Source: Pseudomonadota bacterium (lineage in GTDB: Bacteria > Pseudomonadota > Alphaproteobacteria > Sphingomonadales > Sphingomonadaceae). From it: DNA of 54,870 bases. Shown here piece after piece: positions 20,651 to 28,649 of the stretch (positions are counted from its first letter, which is position 1; each line of letters begins with the position of its first letter). Below the pieces are notes generated by a model. That model worked only from the letters and a program-made list of their open reading frames with translations. It did no database searches and was not told the origin of the DNA. Made by a program: the position numbers and the translations under genes. The stretch is taken from positions 1-54,870 of the forward strand of contig JBDKLL010000126.1 in assembly GCA_039795595.1 (NCBI GenBank), given 5' to 3'.

Positions 20651-21172
20651 ATGCACAATCATCGAATCATTGCTGTGCTGACCGCGTGCTGCGCCGGTTT
20701 TGCCATGTTGGCCGCTGCGGCCGATGCCCATGCCGCCAGTTCGCCGGCCACCGGCACGGTGGCTCCGGCCACGCAGCCCGTCACGCTGAAAGGTGACGTC
20801 AAAGTGGAACGGACCGTGATCGAAAATGGCACCAAGCGCCAGGTCTACCTTGATCCCAAGGTGGTGGTCCCGGGCGATCACCTGGTTTTTACCACCGCGT
20901 ATCACAACGTTGGGGCAGATGTGGTCCGCAACTTCGTCGTGACCAACCCCTTACCGGCGGGCGTAGTGCTCGCGGCAGGAACTGCGCCGGAACAGGACGT
21001 TTCGGTTGATGGCGGGAAAACCTGGGGGCGGCTCGACGCATCCCGTGTGCCAGACGGGAAGGGCGCAACCCGCCCTGCGAGCACCGCTGACGTCACCCAT
21101 TTACGCTGGACTATCGCGGCGCTCGCGCCGGGCGCGCAGGGCACGCTGGTCTACAACGCGATCGTTCGTTGA
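20651..21172 (+). CDS. Secreted small DUF11-like protein B
   Basis: Signal peptide ending AHA; VVPGDHLVFT..VVTNPLP..SVDGGKTW..LRWTIAALAPGAQGTLVYNAIVR*; GAGG ribosome-binding site. Confidence 0.72.
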   Translation: MHNHRIIAVLTACCAGFAMLAAAADAHAASSPATGTVAPATQPVTLKGDVKVERTVIENGTKRQVYLDPKVVVPGDHLVFTTAYHNVGADVVRNFVVTNPLPAGVVLAAGTAPEQDVSVDGGKTWGRLDASRVPDGKGATRPASTADVTHLRWTIAALAPGAQGTLVYNAIVR

Positions 21173-21235
21173 TCGCACCGCACGGATACCGGGCGCAGCC
21201 TGTTGCTGATCGCCTCAAAATAACGGGAGCACGCA

Positions 21236-22297
21236 ATGAACAAGTCTGGAAAATGGCTGGCAGCGGTGGGGGCAAGTTCGCTGGCAATGCTGGCGGCAAA
21301 CCCGGCATTCGCCGCGGGGACGGCCGCAGGGACCACCGTTACGAATACCGTGACGGTCAACTATCAGGTTAACACCATTGCGCAGACCGCGGCGACGGCA
21401 TCGAACAGCTTCGTGGTTGACCGCAAGGTCAACGTGACGGTGGCCGAAGTTGGGACCACCACCACCCAAGTATCACCGGGGCAGACCGCCGCGGTAACCG
21501 CGTTCACGGTCACCAACCTGTCGAACGCCACGCTCGACTTTGCGTTGACCGCGGCGCAGCAATCGGGCGGTACGGCAGCGCATAGCGGCACCGACACGTT
21601 CGATGTCACCAACGTCAAGATCTATGTCGATACCAACGCCAACGGCACTTATGACGCCGGTACGGACACGCTGGTTACGTATCTTGATGAACTGGCCGCT
21701 GATGCCGCCAAAACGGTGTTTGTGATTGCGGACATCCCGCTCAGCCTCACCACTGGCGCGGTGGCCGGGGTTACGCTGACCGCCACAGGTAAGGAAGGCG
21801 GGACCGTTGGTTCGGTGGGTGCGGCGCTGACCGAAACCAGTGGTGCGGATACTTCAGGCACGGTCGATACTGTGTTTGCCGATGCCGCCGGCGCGACCGA
21901 TTCTGCCCGCGATGCTGCTTATTCCGCCAAGGACGATTACACTGTGTTGGCAGCCGCATTGACGATTACCAAAACCAGCAAAGTGGTGTCTGATCCGGTC
22001 AACGGGACCACCAATCCCAAGGCGATCCCGGGCGCGACGCTGGAATATTGCGTGATTGTCGCCAATGCCGCCGGGGGTGCCGGGGCATCAAGCGTGGCGA
22101 TTTCGGATTCGCTGCCCAGTGTCATCACGTATGATTCGACGTTTGGGATCAAGCTGGATGGCACGGTAACCAGTGGGGTGTGCAATGCGGATGGCACATC
22201 GGGCGGATCGTATTCCGCCGGGACGATTACCGGCACGCTGACGTCGCTGCCCGCGGGGTCGACCAAGACCCTGCGGTATCAGGCAACCATCAATTAA
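21236..22297 (+). CDS. Secreted DUF11-type protein C (paralog of A; putative major subunit)
   Basis: Signal peptide ending AFA; AGTAAGTTVTNTVTVNY; C-terminal LTITKTS..PGATLEY..ISDSLP..YQATIN*. Confidence 0.78.
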   Translation: MNKSGKWLAAVGASSLAMLAANPAFAAGTAAGTTVTNTVTVNYQVNTIAQTAATASNSFVVDRKVNVTVAEVGTTTTQVSPGQTAAVTAFTVTNLSNATLDFALTAAQQSGGTAAHSGTDTFDVTNVKIYVDTNANGTYDAGTDTLVTYLDELAADAAKTVFVIADIPLSLTTGAVAGVTLTATGKEGGTVGSVGAALTETSGADTSGTVDTVFADAAGATDSARDAAYSAKDDYTVLAAALTITKTSKVVSDPVNGTTNPKAIPGATLEYCVIVANAAGGAGASSVAISDSLPSVITYDSTFGIKLDGTVTSGVCNADGTSGGSYSAGTITGTLTSLPAGSTKTLRYQATIN

Positions 22298-22301
22298 ACC
22301 T

Positions 22302-22342
22302 GATCGGCGGAGAACGCGCCGTGGCTGCGTTCTCCGCCGATC
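22302..22342 (+). terminator. Intercistronic 16-bp perfect stem-loop (stabiliser or attenuator)
   Basis: gatcggcggagaacgc-N9-gcgttctccgccgatc with no U-tract. Confidence 0.65.
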
Positions 22343-22357
22343 CAGCACGTTTGGCCC

Positions 22358-25300
22358 ATGACCATCTTGCGGACATTGACGATAGCTGCATCGGCGCTCT
22401 GCGGGGCGCTGATGGCTGTTGCCGGGCCGAGCTATGCGCAGACCATCAGCAATACCGCAGCAGCGCTGTGGGCTGATCGCGGGGTTTCCTATTCGGCCAA
22501 TTCCAATACCGTCGAAATCACCGTTCAGGCCCCGGCAGCCAAGATCGAAACGTACGCGGTTGAACCCAACTCTGGCGAAACCGTGCCCTTTTCCCCGTCG
22601 CTGTGCGGGGGCAAGCCAATCGTATTCCCGGCGGGCAGCAGCCCGGTCCAACTCGCCTCGCTGGAACAATCAAACGCACTGCGGGTCGGTGATGCCCTGG
22701 TCTTCCGGATCAATGCGCCCAATGCCAATCGCAATGCGGCAGGGGTGGATAGCCTGACTTCGGTTCTGCAGATTGCGGGCAGCGATCGCGAACTGATCAG
22801 CATCTATGAAACTGGCCCGGATACCGGGGTCTTCGTTGGCGCGATCCCGACCAGTAGTGCATCGGCGCAGTTCGTTGCCGGCGATTGCCGCCTGAGCGTT
22901 GCTGCCGGTGAACACATTGCAATCGAGATCGCCCTCGATCCGGCGAGCGCGCCAATTGCCAAGACCGAAGTCGAAGTGCTGGCCGATCCGTTTGGTATCG
23001 TGTTCGATAGCGAAACCGGCGCACCGGTAACGGGCGCGCGGGTGACGCTGTATAACGCCCAGACCGGCGAACTGGCCAAAGTGTTCGATGACGATGGGGT
23101 TACCGCTTGGCCATCCAGCGTGATCGCCGGGATGCCGATCGTCGATGCAGCTGGCCGGGCGCATCCGATGGAACCGGGCGAATATCGCTTTCCGCTGGCG
23201 GCGGTGGGCAGTTACCGGCTGCAGATCGAACCGCCGGCCCCCTATGCCGCACCATCGCACGTTGTGCCCGCCCAGTTGACCGGCCTGCGCCGCCCTGATG
23301 GCGCGCCGTTCACCATTATTCCGGCATCATATGGCAAGGCCTTCCTGCTTTCGGGGCCGGCCCCGGTGCGGGTCGACGTTCCGGTTGATCATCCGCCGCT
23401 GGCGCTGGACGTGGCCAAAAAGGCTTCGCGACCAAGCGCTTTGCCTGGCGATACGGTGCTGTTTACGGTAACCGTGCGCAACCCCGATCCGCTGCGTCAG
23501 CAGCGCGGTGTGCAGCTTATCGACCGCCCGGGGACTGCGCTGCGCCTGCGGACTGATAGTGTGCGGATCGATGGTAAATCGGCTGGAACTGGCGTGACCG
23601 TTGCCGCCGATGGGCGCGAACTGGCGATCAGCCTTGGCGATTTTGCCCCGGGCGCGGCGCATACGGTTACTTATGCCATGACCATTGCCGCGGATGCCGC
23701 TGCCGGACAAGTCGGCAACGTTGCCACCGCGATCGATGCACGCGGTCAGGCCGCCACGGCGAGCGCCACGGTTCTGATCGAGCGCGAAGATCTGGCCGCA
23801 CGGATGACGCTGGTCGGGCAGGTCGTATCCGGTGGCTGCGGAATTGATCCGGCTGGCACAGGTCCGGCACCGCAACCGCACGGCCTTGCCGGGGTTCGCG
23901 TGGTGCTGGAAGATGGCAGTTATGCGGTAACCGATGCCACTGGGCGTTACCATTTTGATGGCCTGATGCCCGGCAGCCACGTGGCGCAGGCGGTGGCGAT
24001 GACTTTGCCGAACGGTGGCAAGTTCGTCGATTGCGCTGCCTCTACCCGCAGTGCCGGCAGCGCCAGTTCGCGCTTCGTGACCGGGCAGGGCGGGCAAGTG
24101 GTGGTGGCCAATTTCGTTGCCGCAGTGCCGACCGGCAATCCGGCACCCAGCGATGCGGCTGGAAACCCGGTGCACGATGCCGCTGCGGCCGAAACCGCGG
24201 CGCAGCGTGCGGCGGCGGGTGCCGATACCGATTGGCTTGCGCTGGGTGATGGGCCAACCGAATTCCTGTTTCCCAGCATCGATCACAACCCCCGCGCACC
24301 GGCTGTGCGCGTGGTGATCCGGCATCGCGTGACCGAAGTGGTGGAATTGCTGCGTGATGGGAAACCGGTCGACAAGGTTGCGTTTGATGGCGCGCGCAAT
24401 GGTCCCGGCGGGACGTTCGCGGTCAGCCTGTGGCGCGGCATTCCGCTGACTGGTGAAGTAACGCATCTTGCCGCGGTGATCCGGACCGAACGCGGTGCGC
24501 TGGTCAAGACCCTGACCCGCGACGTGCATTTTGCCGCAACGCCGGCGCAGATCGAATTTTTGCCGGAACAGAGCCGTCTGGTTGCCGATGGCCGGACCCG
24601 CCCGGTGGTGGCGCTGCGCCTGCGTGATCGTTCCGGCCGGCCGGTTCATGCCGGGCTATCTGGCGAGTTCAGCCTGTCTGCCCCTTATGAAAGCGCGGAA
24701 TCCGTGGCCGGGGCACAAGCGCGGGCGCTGACCGGGCAAGGGCGCGAGACGACGCATTGGCTGGTCAAGGGTGATGATGGCGTGGCCTATGTCGAACTGG
24801 CCCCGACGCTGGTCAGCGGCAAGCTGCACATGGAGTTCGGGTTTGCCGATGGGCAGCAACGCCGCCGCCAGCAAATCGATGCGTGGATCGTCCCGGGCGC
24901 GCAACCGTGGACGGTGGTCGGGCTGGCCGAAGCCACCGCGGGTGCCCGCAATATTGCCGATGAAATGCAGCATGGTGGCGCGCTGGACAGCGATCTGGGG
25001 CGCCGTGCCCGGGTGGCGATCTATGCCAAAGGCCCCGTGGCCAACGCGACTTTGCTGACATTGGCCTATGACAGCGCCAAGCAGCGTGCCGAGCAGCCGT
25101 TGCTGGGGGCGATCGATCCGCGGGCCTATTACACGGTGTTCGCCGATGGATCGAGCCGCCGGTTCGATGCCGCAAGCCGGGCCAAGGTTTATGCCCGGGT
25201 CGATAGCAAAGGCTTGAACGCACTTTACGGTGATTTCGATGCCGGGTTCGATCAGACCCAGTTGGCGCGGTATGTGCGTGCGACCACCGGGCTGCGCGGC

Positions 25301-27421
25301 GAACTATCCCGCGGCGGCTGGCATGCGGCCGGCTTTGCCGCGCGGATTGCATCGCGTCACCGGCATGATGAATTTCAGGGAGCCGGGGTAAGCGGTCCGT
25401 ACCGGCTTTCGAACCGGGCGATCATTCCGGGCAGCGAAGTGGTGTCGATCGAAGTGCGTGATCGGTTCCGTTCGGAACTGATCGTTGCGCGCCGGGCGCT
25501 GATCCGGTTTGTCGATTACGACCTGGACCTGCTGACTGGCACGATCACGTTCAAGGAACCGCTGCTCAGCCGCGATGGTGATCTCAACCCGCAATTCATC
25601 GTCATCGATTATGAACTCGATGAAGCGGCCCGTGGGGGCGATCTGAACGCCGGGGTGCGAGGCGATGTCACGCTGGGGCATGGCGCGCTGCGCATCGGCG
25701 CCAGCGCGGTGAGCGATACCAGCGCCAATGGCGCCAACCGGACCAACCTTGGCGCGCTCGACTTGCAGGCCAAACTGGACAAGGCAACGGAACTCCGGGC
25801 GGAAGTCGGGGCAAGCAGCACTGCTGGCGAAACCACGTCCGCCTGGCTGGTCGAAGCCGAGCGCCACGCCGAGCGGATCGACCTGTTGGCTTACGCCCGC
25901 ATGGCCGATGCCGATTTCGGGCTGGGGCAAACCGCCGGATCGGAACGCGGGCGGCGCAAATTCGGCGTTGATGGCCGGTATCAGGTGAACGAAACCCTGT
26001 CGCTGAGCGCCAGCGCGTGGGACGATGCGGCGCTGACCGATGCCAGCCACCGTACCGCACTGCAACTGGGGGCGCTCTATCGCACGCCAAACACCGATCT
26101 GCGGATCGGCGTGGCGACGATGCAAGACCGACTGGCCGATGGCAGTGCGGCCGGCTCCACCACGCTGGAAGGCGGGGTAACGCGGCGCGCGCTGGATAAC
26201 CGGCTTGAACTTTCGGCAACATCCAGCCTGGCCTTGGGGGGCGCCGATGCGATCGATTTGCCCGCGCGGCACCGGTTGGCGCTACGCTATGCATTGGGGC
26301 GGGCGGTGCGCTTGCTGGGCAACTATGAAATTGCGCAGGGGGCACGGCTGCACAGCCGCACGATCCGCGTGGGGGCCGATGCCAGCCTGTGGCAGGGTGC
26401 GCGGATCACCACCGGGTTGGGCCAGCAGGCCGATGCCGAGCGCGGCAGCCACGCATTCGCTGCCGCCGGGATAACCCAGTCGATCGAACTGGCACAGCAC
26501 CTGACGATCGACGCAACGATCGATGGCACCCGGACGCTGGGCACGATCAACCCGGCCGCGCTGGTCAACCGCGCTCATCCGGCCAGCAGCGGTGGGATGA
26601 TCGGCGCTGGCGGCACCGTTGCCGAAGATTTTACCGCGGCAACGCTGGGTGCCAGCTGGCACGATGAGCGCTGGAACCTGACCGGGCGCGGCGAATGGCG
26701 CGACAGCACGCTGGGGGATAGCCGCGGCTTGCGTCTGGGCGCGATCCGCCAGCTTGCCGAAGGGACGATGCTGGGCGGCACGTTCACCTGGACCCGCACC
26801 GCGGATGGTGCCGGTGGATCGACCGGAGTGGTCAACGGAGCGCTGGTGCTGGCGTATCGCCCGGCTTCGGCCGACCTTGCGCTGCTGGGCAAACTGGAAC
26901 TGCGGGCAGATCGGACCAGTGCCGCGCCGATCGCGGCAACCGCGCCGCTGGGCGGCAGCGCCTTCGCGGTGACGGGCGATGCCCGGGCCACCCGGATGAT
27001 TGGATCGGTGGCGCTGGATTGGACGCCCACCACGCGGGCCGGCGGCGCAACAGTGCAACGCAGTGAAGTTAGCCTGTTTGCCGCGCTTCGCCGCAATCTC
27101 GATCGGGTGGCGGATTACGATGTTTCCGGAACCACGCTGCTGAGCGGGCTGGATGCGCGCTATGGGGTGGGGCCACATTTCGAATTCGGCGGCCGGGGTA
27201 CGGCCCGCGCCAATCTGAGCGATGGTACGACCAGCTTTTCGTTCGGCCCACAAATCGGCATCAGCCCGGCGAAGGATGCATTGCTGTTGATCGGTTACAA
27301 CATCGACGGATATCGTGACCGTGATTTTTCCGCCGCCCAATTCACCGACCGCGGGATCTATGCTTCGGTCCGTTTCAAGCTTGATGCAGGAACTTTTGGA
27401 TTTCTGGGGCTTGACCACTAA
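22358..27421 (+). CDS. Large secreted/outer-membrane protein D with DUF11, prealbumin-like and Big-1-like domains and a probable C-terminal beta-barrel
   Basis: Signal peptide ending SYA; complete internal DUF11; C-terminal half rich in amphipathic strands, ending GIYASVRFKL plus a short tail. Confidence 0.7.
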   Translation: MTILRTLTIAASALCGALMAVAGPSYAQTISNTAAALWADRGVSYSANSNTVEITVQAPAAKIETYAVEPNSGETVPFSPSLCGGKPIVFPAGSSPVQLASLEQSNALRVGDALVFRINAPNANRNAAGVDSLTSVLQIAGSDRELISIYETGPDTGVFVGAIPTSSASAQFVAGDCRLSVAAGEHIAIEIALDPASAPIAKTEVEVLADPFGIVFDSETGAPVTGARVTLYNAQTGELAKVFDDDGVTAWPSSVIAGMPIVDAAGRAHPMEPGEYRFPLAAVGSYRLQIEPPAPYAAPSHVVPAQLTGLRRPDGAPFTIIPASYGKAFLLSGPAPVRVDVPVDHPPLALDVAKKASRPSALPGDTVLFTVTVRNPDPLRQQRGVQLIDRPGTALRLRTDSVRIDGKSAGTGVTVAADGRELAISLGDFAPGAAHTVTYAMTIAADAAAGQVGNVATAIDARGQAATASATVLIEREDLAARMTLVGQVVSGGCGIDPAGTGPAPQPHGLAGVRVVLEDGSYAVTDATGRYHFDGLMPGSHVAQAVAMTLPNGGKFVDCAASTRSAGSASSRFVTGQGGQVVVANFVAAVPTGNPAPSDAAGNPVHDAAAAETAAQRAAAGADTDWLALGDGPTEFLFPSIDHNPRAPAVRVVIRHRVTEVVELLRDGKPVDKVAFDGARNGPGGTFAVSLWRGIPLTGEVTHLAAVIRTERGALVKTLTRDVHFAATPAQIEFLPEQSRLVADGRTRPVVALRLRDRSGRPVHAGLSGEFSLSAPYESAESVAGAQARALTGQGRETTHWLVKGDDGVAYVELAPTLVSGKLHMEFGFADGQQRRRQQIDAWIVPGAQPWTVVGLAEATAGARNIADEMQHGGALDSDLGRRARVAIYAKGPVANATLLTLAYDSAKQRAEQPLLGAIDPRAYYTVFADGSSRRFDAASRAKVYARVDSKGLNALYGDFDAGFDQTQLARYVRATTGLRGELSRGGWHAAGFAARIASRHRHDEFQGAGVSGPYRLSNRAIIPGSEVVSIEVRDRFRSELIVARRALIRFVDYDLDLLTGTITFKEPLLSRDGDLNPQFIVIDYELDEAARGGDLNAGVRGDVTLGHGALRIGASAVSDTSANGANRTNLGALDLQAKLDKATELRAEVGASSTAGETTSAWLVEAERHAERIDLLAYARMADADFGLGQTAGSERGRRKFGVDGRYQVNETLSLSASAWDDAALTDASHRTALQLGALYRTPNTDLRIGVATMQDRLADGSAAGSTTLEGGVTRRALDNRLELSATSSLALGGADAIDLPARHRLALRYALGRAVRLLGNYEIAQGARLHSRTIRVGADASLWQGARITTGLGQQADAERGSHAFAAAGITQSIELAQHLTIDATIDGTRTLGTINPAALVNRAHPASSGGMIGAGGTVAEDFTAATLGASWHDERWNLTGRGEWRDSTLGDSRGLRLGAIRQLAEGTMLGGTFTWTRTADGAGGSTGVVNGALVLAYRPASADLALLGKLELRADRTSAAPIAATAPLGGSAFAVTGDARATRMIGSVALDWTPTTRAGGATVQRSEVSLFAALRRNLDRVADYDVSGTTLLSGLDARYGVGPHFEFGGRGTARANLSDGTTSFSFGPQIGISPAKDALLLIGYNIDGYRDRDFSAAQFTDRGIYASVRFKLDAGTFGFLGLDH

Positions 27422-27515
27422 CGGCGTGGGGTAAACTTGCGCTGGCGTTGCTGGATTATTTCGGCTCTACTCGGTCACGGCAACGCTGCAACAGCGTGCG
27501 GGAGAGGAGCCGATA

Positions 27516-28043
27516 ATGAGCAATTCTATTCAAACTACGCCGGATTCGCCGCCACCGCCGGGGGCCTTGGTCGGGCTTGGCATTCTGGTGATCGTGTTGG
27601 TTGCGATTGTCGCCTGGGCGGTTGTTGGCGGGCGGTTGCTATCCGAAGTTTCGTTGTTCGGCGGCTTCTTGATGCTATGGTACTGGGCCAATGTCGAACA
27701 ACTGGTGCTGGCACGCCTACCGGCGGCGCTGATCGGCGCGCTGGTGGGGATCGGGCTGGCGTGGGCGCTGCTGTATGGCGCAACCAATTATGGCGGCACC
27801 GGGGTGCTGGTGGGGCTGGTGCTGCTGATCGTGGCGCTTTACCTTGATATCCTCAAAGCAGTGCCGCTGTTCGTCAATGCATCGACCATGCTCTACGTCA
27901 CCGTGGCGGCAGCGCCGCTGGTCCAGTTGAAGGTTAACTGGGTGGAACTCTCGCTTGCCACGGTCGGCGGCGGGATCTTCTTTGCCGTGTTCGTTGAAGC
28001 GGTGAAGTGGATTGCTGGAAAGGTGATGCCAGCAGCAGCCTGA
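27516..28043 (+). CDS. Hypothetical multi-pass membrane protein
   Basis: About 6 hydrophobic segments, GGAGAGGAG ribosome-binding site, downstream terminator. Confidence 0.7.
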   Translation: MSNSIQTTPDSPPPPGALVGLGILVIVLVAIVAWAVVGGRLLSEVSLFGGFLMLWYWANVEQLVLARLPAALIGALVGIGLAWALLYGATNYGGTGVLVGLVLLIVALYLDILKAVPLFVNASTMLYVTVAAAPLVQLKVNWVELSLATVGGGIFFAVFVEAVKWIAGKVMPAAA

Positions 28044-28067
28044 TCTAAGCGCATCGCTGCAACCATG

Positions 28068-28097
28068 CGGGCGCGGGGGTAACCCTGCGCCCGTTTT
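28068..28097 (+). terminator. Rho-independent terminator
   Basis: cgggcgcgggg-gtaa-ccctgcgcccg-tttt. Confidence 0.6.
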
Positions 28098-28153
28098 GCT
28101 GCTGTGCCGGTAAGGCAGGTGACAGCCTTCCAGCGATCGGGTAAGGCCGCGCC

Positions 28154-28561
28154 ATGAGCGCATGGATCCGTCAATCACAGGTCGGCCGATCGCTGCTGAT
28201 GCTGGCGGTGCTGCTGGCGGTGCTGCTGGCGCTCGCCACGCGGGTGCTGGTGCCGACCGGGTTTATGCCCACTGCCGCCAGCGCCGGTTTGACCGTGACA
28301 CTATGTGCGGAAACCGGCGGCAAAAGCGTTACCATCGATCTTGGCAAGCCAGCCCCGGCGGGCAAGCCGCATGCCGCCGAAGCACTTTGCGGCTTTGCGG
28401 CCGGGCTAGGGCAGGGCCTGCTGGGCAGCGCTGCCGTGCCAGTGCTGTCGGCACCGTTCAGCCCGGTGCCAATGTTGCTGGGCGTAACGCTGGCCAGGTT
28501 TACCGTTCACCGGCTTGCGGCCCCGCCGCCGCCCGCTCAGGCGCCGCCTGCGCTGCGCTAA
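28154..28561 (+). CDS. DUF2946/CruR-like upstream ORF
   Basis: N-terminal TM segment, PTGFM, TLC, LCGFA, C-terminal PPPPAQAPP; precedes a TonB-dependent receptor and PepSY_TM gene. Confidence 0.72.
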   Translation: MSAWIRQSQVGRSLLMLAVLLAVLLALATRVLVPTGFMPTAASAGLTVTLCAETGGKSVTIDLGKPAPAGKPHAAEALCGFAAGLGQGLLGSAAVPVLSAPFSPVPMLLGVTLARFTVHRLAAPPPPAQAPPALR

Positions 28562-28649
28562 ACTCGCGCAGCGGATATTGCCAACACACGTTCGCTGCTG
28601 ATCGGCGCTCAGGCTCGGCTTGGGCGTGCTTGCAGTGAACAGGTTGACC

